64,000 nt of DNA, taken from assembly GCA_038824035.1 (NCBI GenBank), contig JAWBBW010000002.1, positions 32,001 to 96,000 on the forward strand, in the 5' to 3' direction. The first letter of the stretch is position 1, and each line of letters opens with the position of its first letter. The translations under genes and the position numbers were made by a program. The notes beneath the pieces were generated by a model, which was not told where the DNA came from, made no database searches, and saw only the letters and a program-made list of their open reading frames with translations. This DNA is from Desulfurococcaceae archaeon. GTDB lineage: Archaea > Thermoproteota > Thermoprotei_A > Sulfolobales > Desulfurococcaceae. Below, one piece after another: positions 1-11,041 of the stretch.

Positions 1-360
1 TTCACATATTTTCCGCCTATCCCACCCCCTTGCTTTCAATCTCTCATCTAGTTTAAGGGGATGGGTTCTTAGCACAAAGACCTTGTGGACCATCCATGGA
101 GGCAGTATTTCTGGGTAATGCGTGTGTATGACCACGTCACCATTGATCCCCTCTATGTACTCGTATAACTTATTGATCAACTTGGCTTCATCCACTATAT
201 AAGATTGTCTTTTCTCATCTAGCCCTATTACGAGGTTGTTTTCCACGGCAAAGGAGCTTAGATCAATAGATATCAAGCCGCATTTTTCGCGTAGTGATCT
301 GGCAACACTCGATTTCCCCGTACCAGGTGTTCCCGCCACAACTATTATTTTTTTCTTCAA
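1..360 (-). CDS. Adenylate kinase AK6/Fap7 family, truncated by the window edge
   Basis: Manual translation from TTG at 360: MKKKIIVVAGTPGTGKSSVA...HTHYPE...VLRTHP...RLKARGW. Walker A GTPGTGKS; GGTG SD upstream. Not in the ORF track. Confidence 0.85.
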   Translation of the reverse strand, partial: MKKKIIVVAGTPGTGKSSVARSLREKCGLISIDLSSFAVENNLVIGLDEKRQSYIVDEAKLINKLYEYIEGINGDVVIHTHYPEILPPWMVHKVFVLRTHPLKLDERLKARGWDRRKICE

Positions 361-457
361 CTAGAAAGCACCTTGAACAACTAATTATAGATGATAATCG
401 TAACAGATTTTATATATCAGATATCAAATAACTATGTTTACAGCTTGGTGATTATTT

Positions 458-2134
458 TTGAACATGCATGTTAAAAGAGCCGGGGAGATCGACTACACAA
501 TGCCCAGTTTAAGAGAAGGTGAAGAGGTCTTATCACTGACTATGAGCGTGTGCCCATATTGTTATCGCGCACTGCCGGCTATCATTTTCGAGAGATCGGG
601 CAAGGTCTATATAAGGAGAGTTTGCCCAGAGCACGGCGAGATCGAGGAATTATATTATGGAGATGTAGAGTTCTATAAAAGAGTTATGGAATTCCAAGAG
701 GAGGGTCGAGGAGCAAAATACATATACACATCAGTCAAAGCCGCTTGCCCATTCAACTGCGGTCTATGCTCTATGCATAAACAGCATAGTGCATTAATAA
801 ATCTAGTGGTGACGAACAGATGTGATCTAAGTTGCTGGTATTGCTTCTTCTACTCTGAAGCAAGTGGCTATGTATATGAACCATCATTGGACCAGATAAG
901 AGACATGGTGAGGAATATTAAGAAACAAGGAGTGACCGTTGCTGTCCAACTAACTGGAGGAGAGCCGCTGTTACGCGATGACCTAGTCGACATAGTTAAA
1001 TTACTCAGAGAAGAAGGAGTGAGACACATTCAATTAAATACTAATGGTATAAAGTTCGCCGAACTTTATCTACAAAATCCTGAAAAGGCGATTGAGTATG
1101 CCCGTTCTCTAAGATCAAGTGGATTAAATACCGTTTACCTAAGTTTTGATGGCATCTCACCTAGAACTAATTGGAAAAACCACTGGGAGGTACCATATAT
1201 ATTTGAGGTATTTAGGAAAGCTGGTATAACAAGCGTAGTGTTAGTACCCACAATAATAAAAGGTGTTAATACCCATGAATTAGGGGGGATCATAAGGTTT
1301 GCCGCCAAGCACGTGGACATAGTTAGAGCTGTAAATTTCCAGCCAGTTAGCCTAACAGGCCTCATGAAACAACATGAAAGAGAAAAATACAGAATAACTA
1401 TACCAGATCTCGTTAAACTCATCGAAGAACAAACAAATGGGGAGATAAACAGGGATTCCTGGTTCCCCGTAAATGCAAGTGTCGTTTTCTCGAGGTTTAT
1501 AGAGAGCTTTAGCGGCGAGTTCAAATTCGAAATGGCAAATCATCCCATATGTGGTGTGGGTACTTATGTCTATGTAGATAAAACAAATAATAAAATAAGA
1601 CTAATACCAATAACAGATTTCGTAGACATAAAGGGTTTATTGGAATACTTGAGAGATAAATGGGAGGAACTTGTAACAGGCTCGAGCAGGTTGTTAACAG
1701 GGTTAAAATTGCTCTATAATATAAGAAAATTTATACATCAGGAAAAGGCCCCTGAAGGATTTGATCTCTACAAATTATTATTCAACATCATAGTGAAAAG
1801 AAGTTATGAAGCGCTTGGAGAACTTCATTATAAGTTATTATTTATTGGTCAAATGCATTTCATGGATCTCTATAACTATGATATACAACGTGTTCAAAGA
1901 TGTAATATACATTATAGTGTACCCGATGGTAGATTAATACCTTTCTGTGCCTTCAACATATTTGACGACATCTATCGGGATAAGATACATAGAGAATACG
2001 GGATCCCGTTGAACGAGTACTCCCATAAATACAATCTACCAGAAGGAGTTGTAGCGAAAAAATATATTAGAAACCGCAAGTTATTGGAATCATCTGAAAT
2101 ATATAAAAGTACGTATAAAGACATACTCTTCTAG
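458..2134 (+). CDS. tes: Radical SAM tetraether lipid (GDGT) synthase Tes, MJ0619 family
   Basis: N-terminal CPYC...CPEHG, CPFNCGLC..H, radical SAM CDLSCWYC and C-terminal RCNIHY..PDGRLIPFC. Confidence 0.85.
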   Translation: MNMHVKRAGEIDYTMPSLREGEEVLSLTMSVCPYCYRALPAIIFERSGKVYIRRVCPEHGEIEELYYGDVEFYKRVMEFQEEGRGAKYIYTSVKAACPFNCGLCSMHKQHSALINLVVTNRCDLSCWYCFFYSEASGYVYEPSLDQIRDMVRNIKKQGVTVAVQLTGGEPLLRDDLVDIVKLLREEGVRHIQLNTNGIKFAELYLQNPEKAIEYARSLRSSGLNTVYLSFDGISPRTNWKNHWEVPYIFEVFRKAGITSVVLVPTIIKGVNTHELGGIIRFAAKHVDIVRAVNFQPVSLTGLMKQHEREKYRITIPDLVKLIEEQTNGEINRDSWFPVNASVVFSRFIESFSGEFKFEMANHPICGVGTYVYVDKTNNKIRLIPITDFVDIKGLLEYLRDKWEELVTGSSRLLTGLKLLYNIRKFIHQEKAPEGFDLYKLLFNIIVKRSYEALGELHYKLLFIGQMHFMDLYNYDIQRVQRCNIHYSVPDGRLIPFCAFNIFDDIYRDKIHREYGIPLNEYSHKYNLPEGVVAKKYIRNRKLLESSEIYKSTYKDILF

Positions 2135-2191
2135 TATTCTAGTATTTAGAAAAACTTTGATTTAAGACATTACGTATAAAGACATACTCTT
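2110..2191. repeat. Exact 21-bp direct repeat TACGTATAAAGACATACTCTT (2110-2130 and 2171-2191), 40-bp spacer
   Basis: Read directly from the sequence; the first copy lies in the last codons of tes. Confidence 0.9.
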
Positions 2192-2235
2192 ATCGAGCAA
2201 AATGGAGAGATAATTATAAAAAATTATAAGGAATG

Positions 2236-2309
<74 letters not shown>

Positions 2310-2412
2310 TCACCCGCAAAGGCATCATCCTTTATCAATTATTTTAGAGTATTTAAATACATTTCCTCTAGAGAATTTAAAAGTCTCCATTTTATATTAA
2401 AAATAACGAATA

Positions 2413-2502
2413 AGCCGGGTCGTCTAGCGGCCAAGGATGCGGGGCTCTGGCCCTTGCAGGGGGAGAGCCCCCGTGACCGGGGTTCGAATCCCCGCCCGGC
2501 TA
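2413..2502 (+). tRNA. tRNA-Gln(CTG) with 17-nt 37/38 intron (2451-2467)
   Basis: A1-U72 acceptor pair typical of archaeal tRNA-Gln; CGGGG CT CTG G [intron] C CCCCG; bulge-helix-bulge with central helix CTCT/GGAG. Confidence 0.95.
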
Positions 2503-2507
2503 TTTCC

Positions 2508-3092
2508 TCATAGTTTCTTATAACTCCTTGTATCAAAGCCTATAATGATCCTGGATATAGCTGAAGCTATTTTATCCGCTATTCTCAGAGGTTCTGGTAT
2601 TGGGCTATATATACACGTCTTATTAATGATCTCGATGGCCGTTTCTATGTCTATGCCTATGTTCAATATCTGCACAGGTCTCCACGCTGTATCAACATAT
2701 ATTAATCGTTCATATACTTTCTCAATGATTTCGAATCTCTTCTCACCATTTGCAAAATGTTTCCCAAGGGCCTTTCTAATCTTTTCAATATCTAATGGAT
2801 ATTGCTGAAACACTATTATTGGTTTCCTCACTTCCTTGTAGAGTTTGAAGGGATCTACAACATCGAAACCAACATATGTTACCCCATCAAGGAATATTAA
2901 GTCCCCATCCAATAACCCTGAGATCTCCTTGATCAACTGGTGCGAGAACCCGAGGTCTACCGGGGTTTTAGCCCAAGCAATTTTCTCTACATTGTTTATT
3001 TCATTGACTAGGACTCCCACAATAACCGTTGATCCTTTACCTTTCTTGAATATAAATGGGAAAAATCCATCATCATATGCCTCATATTTCAT
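2508..3092 (-). CDS. DUF99 family protein (endonuclease V-like fold)
   Basis: DDGFF, IFLDGVTYVGFDVVD and IPEPLRIAD motifs; coupled to cdc6. Confidence 0.8.
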   Translation of the reverse strand: MKYEAYDDGFFPFIFKKGKGSTVIVGVLVNEINNVEKIAWAKTPVDLGFSHQLIKEISGLLDGDLIFLDGVTYVGFDVVDPFKLYKEVRKPIIVFQQYPLDIEKIRKALGKHFANGEKRFEIIEKVYERLIYVDTAWRPVQILNIGIDIETAIEIINKTCIYSPIPEPLRIADKIASAISRIIIGFDTRSYKKL

Positions 3093-4273
3093 TACTCGAA
3101 TTCCTCCAATGCCTTTTTAATCAAATGTACCAGATCTTTCCTGGCTCTGATTACACGAGTCACGCCATGCCTACCCCTATTTACGATCTCCGAGATTATC
3201 AAGCCCATCATGTCAAGTTGTGAAATTATTTCACTAACTCTCCTCATCGTGAGTGGTTCATAATTTAGTTTTCTTATTTCATTTGAGTATTTAGCATAGA
3301 CCTCTCCTGTGGTCGTGTTACCCTTAGCTTCAACAAGCTCTATAATGCTTTTCAAAACAATTTTCTGATGCAATGGCAACCCTATAATACTTTGTATGAT
3401 TTTTCCCTCCTCGATCTCGATGGATGCTTTTTTCACATGATCAATGGTTATTTTTGTGTCGTTCATCCTTTCGGCGATTTCGCCCGCGACTCTGAGGAGA
3501 TCCAAAGCTCTACGTGCATCACCGTGTTCACGTGCTGCCAGCGCAGCACAGAATGATATAACCCCATCATCTATAACACCGGGCTTGAATGCTAAATCAG
3601 CGCGTTGTTTGAGTATCGTATACAATTGTTCAGCGTTATAGGGAGAGAAAACTAATTCTTCCTCGCCTAGACTAGATCTGACTCTTGGATCTAAGTTCTC
3701 CACGAAATTTATATCGTTCGTTATGCCAACTATGGCTACTTGTGCCTTAGTTAAATCCTCGTTTATTCTGAGAAGTTTATATAATAAATCATCTCCCTCC
3801 CGTTTAACGAAGTAATCGATTTCATCTAAAACGATTATATGAAGACCTCCCCAACCATCTAAGGCATTCATATATCTCCTATATATTTCACTTATCGCTA
3901 AACCTGTATGCGGTGTCCTCATCCCCAGGGTAGACGCTATGGTTGCTAATACCTTGTATGAAGTATCAACTTTTCTTGTATTCACATATGCATAATTTAT
4001 CCTAGTATCCAGTGAAGGTGCTTTCTCGATGAGTTTCTTGACCACATACTTAGTTACAACTGTTTTACCTGTCCCCGTGAGCCCATAAATGAGAACATTG
4101 TTAGGTCTCTCCCCTTGCAATGAGACAACCAGGATCTCGGCAAGTTTTCTTATCTCATTTTCTCTATGAGGAAGAGTCTCTGGGATATAATCAGGGTGAA
4201 GCACTTCTCGATTAGCAAAGATCCTGGAGATCAATCCCCGTCTTTTAATGATCTCTTCTATTATGTCGTGCAT
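3092..4273 (-). CDS. cdc6: ORC1/Cdc6 replication initiator (Orc1-1 type)
   Basis: PDYIPETLPHRE, Walker A GLTGTGKT, Walker B IVLDEID, GDARRALDLLR, C-terminal winged helix. Confidence 0.97.
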   Translation of the reverse strand: MHDIIEEIIKRRGLISRIFANREVLHPDYIPETLPHRENEIRKLAEILVVSLQGERPNNVLIYGLTGTGKTVVTKYVVKKLIEKAPSLDTRINYAYVNTRKVDTSYKVLATIASTLGMRTPHTGLAISEIYRRYMNALDGWGGLHIIVLDEIDYFVKREGDDLLYKLLRINEDLTKAQVAIVGITNDINFVENLDPRVRSSLGEEELVFSPYNAEQLYTILKQRADLAFKPGVIDDGVISFCAALAAREHGDARRALDLLRVAGEIAERMNDTKITIDHVKKASIEIEEGKIIQSIIGLPLHQKIVLKSIIELVEAKGNTTTGEVYAKYSNEIRKLNYEPLTMRRVSEIISQLDMMGLIISEIVNRGRHGVTRVIRARKDLVHLIKKALEEFE

Positions 4274-4436
4274 TATTATCCACCAGGGTCATTATCCGAA
4301 GACGTAGAGGATAAAACCTGGATTACAAACCAGATATACGTCATCATGTGTTTTAAAACCATTTTCTTAGCATCTTTTCTCTAGTAGTAAATAAAAGACT
4401 TTTAAGCCTATTTAAAACAAATGGTATATTAAGAGT

Positions 4437-4526
<90 letters not shown>

Positions 4527-4638
4527 TCTCTTTAATTTTAAAATATAAGATGTCACATTGATCCTAGGGATAGGTATTTAAAAGTTGTTTAAAGAATCTC
4601 TACTACAAGAAGTAGTTGTATTTATTGGGTGCTTTGTA

Positions 4639-4896
4639 ATGACTAAGAAGATAAACATCCTGGAACACGAGTTAGTACCCAAGCACGAGGTCCTTACTCA
4701 TAAAGAGGCATATGAAGTTCTAAAGAAGCTAAATGTCGAGCCATGGCAATTGCCATGGATCTCTGTTAATGACCCTGTCGCCAAGGCCATTGGGGCTAAA
4801 CCAGGTGATATAATTCGGGTCATTAGAAAAAGCCCTACTGCAGGTGTTTCAATAGCATATAGATATGTAGTTGTGGATGTAGTGAAGAGGGCGTAG
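4639..4896 (+). CDS. rpoH: RNA polymerase subunit Rpo5 (H)
   Basis: [26 protein letters not shown]; start moved to ATG 4639 after GGGTG. Confidence 0.95.
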   Translation: MTKKINILEHELVPKHEVLTHKEAYEVLKKLNVEPWQLPWISVNDPVAKAIGAKPGDIIRVIRKSPTAGVSIAYRYVVVDVVKRA

Positions 4897-4899
4897 GAA

Positions 4900-7800
4900 A
4901 TGAATACCACAACGTATGAAAATAACCTCACAACTGACGATCTATGGCTTGTAGCTAAGAAGTATTTCGAGGAAAAAGGCTTAGTTAGACAGCACCTGGA
5001 TAGCTATGATAGGTTTGTAAGGGAAATATTGCCTGCCATAATAGAGGAATTCGGACATGTTAAGATAACCGAAACGCTGGAAATAATTATAGAGAAACCA
5101 AAAATAGGTACACCTCAATGGGTAAATATCGATGGCACTATAGAGGAGAAAACCCCCTTAGAATGTAGAATTAGAAATATAACATACGCCGCACCTGTTT
5201 ACGTGACTGTTAAGATCAAGGATGAAAGTGGATATTCACGTGAAATGGAGCTTAAAATGATGGATCTCCCAGTCATGCTTAAATCGAGCATTGATCCACT
5301 AAGTAAAATGTCCCCTCAAGAACTGGTGGCGATCGGCGAAGATCCTAGAGACCCTGGTGGTTACTTCATCATAAATGGCAGTGAAAAGGTATTGATAGCA
5401 CAGGAGGATTTAGCAAGCAACAATATATTAGTAGACATAGCACAGGAGGGAACCGGCGCTACTCATATAGCGAAAGTGACAAGCGCTGCTAAGGGACGTA
5501 GATCACAGTTAATAATTGAGCGACGCAAAGATGGCATTTTCTACGCAATTTTCCATGGACATCGAATACCTGCCATAATACTCATGGTCGCTCTTGGGCT
5601 AGATCTACAGGAAGTGGCATACGCTGTTAGTCCTGATCCTCTTTACCATAATTACCTATTACCATCAATGATTCATGCTGAACAGTTATTGCCGCCTCCC
5701 GAATTCCCAGAGAACGTTTCCGAGGAAGAATATAAGATCATTAAAGAGGAGTATAGAAGGAAGTTAACAGAGGAGGCATTAAATTACATAGGATCCAGAA
5801 TAGCCATTGGCAAGCCACGTGAAGAAAGAATAGCTAGAGCCCAAAGACTTCTAGATGAAAGACTTTTACCCCATATTGGAACCGATCCCTCAATAGAAAC
5901 CAGGATTTTAAAGGCAGTATTCATAGGCCAAATGATCGCCAGGATCATAGAATTGATATTGGGCTTTAGAGAGCCCGATGACAAGGATCATTACAGGAAT
6001 AAGCGGTTAAAATTAGCTGGAGATCTTCTGGCTACATTGTTGAGAACAGCTCTTATGAGTTTTACAAGAGAATTAAAAGAAGAAGTAGAAAAACAGATCT
6101 CAAAGACAAGGAAAATTGACATAAAAAATGCATTTAAATACGGTATAATAACCGAGAGATTTCTACACGCAATGGCAACCGGTAACTGGCCAGGAGGCAG
6201 GACAGGAGTAAGTCAACTACTTGACAGGACAAACATGTTAAGTACGCTTAGCCATCTACGAAGAGTGGTCTCTCCATTAGCAAGAGGACAACCACATTTT
6301 GAGGCCAGAGAGCTTCACGGAACTCAATGGGGCAGGATCTGTCCATTCGAAACACCCGAAGGGGCCAACATAGGTTTAGTGAAAAACCTAGCAGTAATGG
6401 TAAATGTAAGCGTAGGTATAGATGACAAAGAAATCGAGAATTTACTATATCAACTTGGTGTAGTCCCTATTGTAACGAAAAGAGTGAATAACAAGATCTA
6501 TAAAGGCTATTTAGATATAATCAAGGAAAGAGCGGAAAAGGGATTACTAAGTGGGAGCGAGTTTGCAAAGTGGAGTAAGGTCTTTCTTAATGGAAAACTG
6601 ATAGGATATTGTCAGAACGGGGAAGAGCTTGTAAATACGCTTAGAAACATGCGGAGAAAAGGGAAAATAAGTAACGAAATAAACGTTGCCCATATTAAGA
6701 CTGAGCATATTAATGAAGTTATAATCAATTCTGATGCCGGCCGTCTTAGAAGGCCGTTGATAGTGGTCGAAAACGGTATTCCAAAATTAACAAAGGAACA
6801 TATAAAGGCTCTTTCCGAGGGAAAAATAACATTCGAAGACCTAGTTAAACAAGGTATAATAGAATATCTAGATCCGGATGAAGATGAAAATGCGTTCGTT
6901 GCCTTAACACTGGATCAGGTTACACAAGAACACACTCACTTAGAAATATGGGTACCTGGTATACTTGGTATAGCAGCATCAATCATACCATACCCAGAAC
7001 ATAACCAGAGCCCGAGAAACATGTATGAAGCTGCCATGGCTAAACAAGCACTCGGACTTTACTCAGCTAATTTCCAGAGACGGCTAGATACTCGTGGTCA
7101 TCTATTACATTATCCGCAAAAACCACTTGTTCAGACAAGAATCATGGATATAATAGGTTATAATGAACGGCCAGCTGGTCAGAACATGGTTGTAGCAGTA
7201 TTGACATATACTGGTTATAACATGGAGGATGCGCTTATAATGAATAAGAGTAGTGTAGAACGGGGATTGGGGAGATCCACATTTTTCAGATTATATGCAA
7301 CCATTGAATATAAATATCCAGGTGGAATACAGGACGAGATCACAATACCATCCGCAGATGTAAGAGGATATAGAGGTATGCGGGCATACGAAAAACTTGA
7401 AGAAGACGGTATTGTGGCGCCTGAAACAAGTGTTATAGGAGGGGATGTCTTAATAGGCAAGGTCAGCCCGCCCCGATTCCTTAGTGCACAGGAATATGGC
7501 TTTGGCAGTGGTTTATCCAGACAAGACACCAGTGTTGTAATGAGACATGAGGAAAAAGGCGTTGTAGATGTCGTTGCGATCACAACCGATGGTGAAGGTA
7601 ATAGGTTAATAAAGGTCAGGGTTCGCGATCTCCGGGTACCTGAACTAGGAGATAAATTCGCGTCGAGGCATGGACAAAAAGGTGTGCTTGGATTATTAAT
7701 ACCTCAATATGATATGCCGTTCACAGAAGAAGGCGTAACACCAGACTTGATAATAAATCCACATGCATTTCCAAGCCGCATGACAGTGGGACAATTAATA

Positions 7801-8394
7801 GAGAGTATTGCCGGCAAAGTGGCTGCCTTAAGCGGGACATTTATAGATGCTACACCGTTTTATAAAACACCTGTTGAAGACCTCCAGGTAATTCTGAAAA
7901 AACACGGATATTCGCCTACTGGGGAAGAAGCAATGTATGATGGTAGAACCGGTGAAATGTTGCAATCACCTGTGTTTATAGGCATAGTTTACTATCAGAA
8001 ACTACACCACATGGTCAGCGACAAAATACATGCCCGCGCAAGAGGACCCGTACAGATCTTAACAAGACAACCTACAGAGGGTCGTTCGAGAGCTGGGGGA
8101 CTTAGATGGGGCGAGATGGAAGTTGATTGCCTAGTTGGCCATGGAGCATCATTGTTGCTCAAAGAAACAATGACTGATCGAAGTGACTTAACCAGAATAT
8201 ACGTATGCGAAGAATGTGGCATGATCGGCTGGTATGATAGGATACATGGTAAATTCATGTGCCCAATACATAAAGAGAAGGGCTCTTTAAAACCAGTAGA
8301 GGTGTCATATGCATTTAAACTACTCATACAGGAATTGATAAGTCTTGGTATAAGGCCTAGACTCATTCTTGAAGATATCGCGAAGAGGAGGTGA
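4900..8394 (+). CDS. rpoB: RNA polymerase subunit Rpo2 (B), undivided
   Basis: GYFIINGSEKV, ETPEGANIGL, GDKFASRHGQKG, C-terminal Zn ribbon. Confidence 0.99.
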   Translation: MNTTTYENNLTTDDLWLVAKKYFEEKGLVRQHLDSYDRFVREILPAIIEEFGHVKITETLEIIIEKPKIGTPQWVNIDGTIEEKTPLECRIRNITYAAPVYVTVKIKDESGYSREMELKMMDLPVMLKSSIDPLSKMSPQELVAIGEDPRDPGGYFIINGSEKVLIAQEDLASNNILVDIAQEGTGATHIAKVTSAAKGRRSQLIIERRKDGIFYAIFHGHRIPAIILMVALGLDLQEVAYAVSPDPLYHNYLLPSMIHAEQLLPPPEFPENVSEEEYKIIKEEYRRKLTEEALNYIGSRIAIGKPREERIARAQRLLDERLLPHIGTDPSIETRILKAVFIGQMIARIIELILGFREPDDKDHYRNKRLKLAGDLLATLLRTALMSFTRELKEEVEKQISKTRKIDIKNAFKYGIITERFLHAMATGNWPGGRTGVSQLLDRTNMLSTLSHLRRVVSPLARGQPHFEARELHGTQWGRICPFETPEGANIGLVKNLAVMVNVSVGIDDKEIENLLYQLGVVPIVTKRVNNKIYKGYLDIIKERAEKGLLSGSEFAKWSKVFLNGKLIGYCQNGEELVNTLRNMRRKGKISNEINVAHIKTEHINEVIINSDAGRLRRPLIVVENGIPKLTKEHIKALSEGKITFEDLVKQGIIEYLDPDEDENAFVALTLDQVTQEHTHLEIWVPGILGIAASIIPYPEHNQSPRNMYEAAMAKQALGLYSANFQRRLDTRGHLLHYPQKPLVQTRIMDIIGYNERPAGQNMVVAVLTYTGYNMEDALIMNKSSVERGLGRSTFFRLYATIEYKYPGGIQDEITIPSADVRGYRGMRAYEKLEEDGIVAPETSVIGGDVLIGKVSPPRFLSAQEYGFGSGLSRQDTSVVMRHEEKGVVDVVAITTDGEGNRLIKVRVRDLRVPELGDKFASRHGQKGVLGLLIPQYDMPFTEEGVTPDLIINPHAFPSRMTVGQLIESIAGKVAALSGTFIDATPFYKTPVEDLQVILKKHGYSPTGEEAMYDGRTGEMLQSPVFIGIVYYQKLHHMVSDKIHARARGPVQILTRQPTEGRSRAGGLRWGEMEVDCLVGHGASLLLKETMTDRSDLTRIYVCEECGMIGWYDRIHGKFMCPIHKEKGSLKPVEVSYAFKLLIQELISLGIRPRLILEDIAKRR

Positions 8395-8400
8395 TCTTGA

Positions 8401-11040
8401 ATGAGCCTTAATAAGATCAAGATGATAAAGTTTGGCGTGCTTTCCCCCGATGAGATTAGAAAAATGAGCGTAACACAGGTAATTACTACAGATGTATACG
8501 ATAATGACGGCGCCCCCATAGATGGGGGCGTGATGGATAGAAGAATGGGAGCTATAGAACCAGGTGAAACATGCCCCACATGTGGTAATACAAGGATCAG
8601 TTGTCCAGGGCATTTTGGCCACATAGAATTGGCTAAACCAGTGGTTCACGTTAGTTTTGCAAGACATATCTTAGCATATCTAAAAGCAACTTGCAGGGTA
8701 TGTGGCAGGGTAAAAATACCCGAGGATAAGAGACAGGAATATCTGGGATTACTAAACGATCTAGAAGAACTGGGCATGTTGTATCTCAAGAAAAGATTCC
8801 ATGAATATATAAGGAGAAAAGCGTCAACCGCGCAAACATGTCCACACTGTGGTGCGCCACAATATAAAGTGAAACTAGATAAGCCACACACATTTTACGA
8901 GCACCTGGAAGAAGGGTTGAGAAAACTCACACCGAGTGAAATTAGAGCACGGTTAGAAAGAATACCAGACGAAGATGTTAGATTACTTGGTGGAGATCCC
9001 AAAGATGCGCGGCCTGAGTGGACTGTGTTAACAGTCTTACCAATTCCTCCTAGGTCTGTAAGACCATCGGTATTATTGGAAACAGGTATAAGAAGTGAAG
9101 ATGACCTGACACATAAGCTCGTAGATATAATAAGAACAAACAATAGGCTAAGAGAGCATATAGAAAGTGGTGCTCCAAACGCCATAATTGAAGAAGAATG
9201 GGAACTACTACAATATCACATCACTACATATTTTGACAATGAAGCATCTGGAATTCCTGTAGCAAGACATAGAAGTGGCAAGGTGTTAAAGGGGATAGCG
9301 CAACGGTTAAAAGGCAAAGAAGGTAGGTTCAGAAATAATCTGCGTGGTAAAAGAGTTGATTTCTCAGCGAGAACTGTGATAAGTCCTGATCCAAACCTAA
9401 GTATTAACGAAGTCGGTGTTCCCGAAGAAGTGGCCAAGATATTGACAATACCTGAAAGAGTGACTCCATGGAACATTGAAGAGATGCGAAAATTGGTGTT
9501 GAATGGACCAGATAAATGGCCTGGAGCAAACTACATAGTGAGACCTGATGGAAGGAGGATTAGCCTTAAATATGTGGATAGAAAATCTGCTGCCGAATCC
9601 CTTGAACCAGGATTCATTGTTGAAAGACACCTGTTGGATGGCGATATAGTATTGTTCAATAGGCAACCATCTCTACACAGAATCTCTGTAATGGCACATG
9701 TAGTTAGAGTATTACCTTATAAGACATTTCGATTAAATCTACTAGTATGCCCACCTTATAATGCTGATTTTGACGGAGATGAAATGAATCTGCATGTTCC
9801 CCAAAGCGAAGAAGCCAGAGCTGAGGCCAGGGTACTTATGCTTGTTGAAAAACACATACTCACACCAAGATATGGAGGACCCATTATCGGCGGCCTGCAA
9901 GATTATATCAGTGGAGCATACTTATTGACATCTAAATCTGTAGTTTTGAGAAAAGAAGACGTCGTAGACTTATTATCAGTAACCGGGTATGCAGGCTCAT
10001 TGCCAGAACCGGCATTCCTAAAACCCAAGCAATACTGGACAGGTAAACAACTGATCTCATTATTTTTACCGAGAGATTTCAATTACAAGCGAAACTCGAA
10101 AATAGGTAGCGCTGCAATCCTGAGATGTATCGATGAGGATTGCCCCCATGACAGCTTAGTTATCGTTAAAAACGGAATACTCTTGGAAGGCGTCCTAGAC
10201 AAAGCAAGTATTGGCCGAGAGGAGCCGGAAAGCCTCATACACTGGTTGATCAAGGAATATGGCGAAGATTTTGGTCGACTCTTCATGGATAGAGTGTACA
10301 AGATGTTTATACGCATGTGTGAAAAGTATGGCTTTACAATGAGCTATACTCATTTAACTCTTCCGCCCGAGGCCAGAAATGCCCTGAGAAATATCATCGA
10401 AGAAAAAAAGAAAAACGTGTATGAATTAATAGAAATGTATAATAAAGGTCTTTTGACGCCAAAGCCCGGCAAAACACTCGAGGAAACTTTGGAAGACGAG
10501 ATCATAGATACGTTATCCAAAAAACTCCTTGACAGTGTCGCAGAAGTGATCACACAGCACTTCACTCTAACTAATCCAGTTGTGATCATGGCTAGAACCG
10601 GTGCACGAGGTAATCCAGTCAACTTAACACAAATGGCTGGACTACTGGGCCAACAGACCGTGAGAGGTAAGAGATTGACACGTGGATATTTCAAGAGGAT
10701 TCTAACACATTTCAAACCCGGCGACATAGGCCCTAATGCACGTGGATTTGTAGAAAGTGGTTTTGTAACAGGGCTCAGTCCCATAGAGATGTTCTTCCAC
10801 GCTGCAGCAGGTAGAGAGGGCTTGATAGATACTGCTGTTAGGACTAGCCAATCTGGCTACATGCAAAGAAGGCTTATAAACGCATTACAGGATCTCAGGG
10901 TAGAATATGATGGTAGTGTGAGGACCACGTTCAATGAAATAGTGCAATTCCTATATGGAGAAGATGGGGTGGATCCCGCCAAGAGCGATCACGGCAAGGC
11001 AGCTAATATAGATAGAATCCTCGAAAAAGTGCTGGGGTGA
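8401..11040 (+). CDS. rpoA1: RNA polymerase subunit Rpo1N (A')
   Basis: [10 protein letters not shown] catalytic motif, CPGHFGH. Confidence 0.99.
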   Translation: MSLNKIKMIKFGVLSPDEIRKMSVTQVITTDVYDNDGAPIDGGVMDRRMGAIEPGETCPTCGNTRISCPGHFGHIELAKPVVHVSFARHILAYLKATCRVCGRVKIPEDKRQEYLGLLNDLEELGMLYLKKRFHEYIRRKASTAQTCPHCGAPQYKVKLDKPHTFYEHLEEGLRKLTPSEIRARLERIPDEDVRLLGGDPKDARPEWTVLTVLPIPPRSVRPSVLLETGIRSEDDLTHKLVDIIRTNNRLREHIESGAPNAIIEEEWELLQYHITTYFDNEASGIPVARHRSGKVLKGIAQRLKGKEGRFRNNLRGKRVDFSARTVISPDPNLSINEVGVPEEVAKILTIPERVTPWNIEEMRKLVLNGPDKWPGANYIVRPDGRRISLKYVDRKSAAESLEPGFIVERHLLDGDIVLFNRQPSLHRISVMAHVVRVLPYKTFRLNLLVCPPYNADFDGDEMNLHVPQSEEARAEARVLMLVEKHILTPRYGGPIIGGLQDYISGAYLLTSKSVVLRKEDVVDLLSVTGYAGSLPEPAFLKPKQYWTGKQLISLFLPRDFNYKRNSKIGSAAILRCIDEDCPHDSLVIVKNGILLEGVLDKASIGREEPESLIHWLIKEYGEDFGRLFMDRVYKMFIRMCEKYGFTMSYTHLTLPPEARNALRNIIEEKKKNVYELIEMYNKGLLTPKPGKTLEETLEDEIIDTLSKKLLDSVAEVITQHFTLTNPVVIMARTGARGNPVNLTQMAGLLGQQTVRGKRLTRGYFKRILTHFKPGDIGPNARGFVESGFVTGLSPIEMFFHAAAGREGLIDTAVRTSQSGYMQRRLINALQDLRVEYDGSVRTTFNEIVQFLYGEDGVDPAKSDHGKAANIDRILEKVLG

Positions 11041-11041
11041 T

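Noticed and set aside
2110-2191. Minimal CRISPR array
   Set aside because: Only two copies, one lies inside tes coding sequence, no GAAA(C/G) repeat end and no cas genes in the window.
2339-2536. 65-aa minus-strand ORF
   Set aside because: Shadow ORF antisense to tRNA-Gln.
4274-4436. Replication origin next to cdc6
   Set aside because: No ORB or mini-ORB (TCCA-N3-GAAA type) repeats or G-string seen; the spacer is short and holds two divergent promoters.
7995-8624. Long antisense ORFs over rpoB/rpoA1, and similar ones over tuf, kae1, rrp41 and others
   Set aside because: They mirror the codons of conserved sense genes and show no motifs or SD sites.
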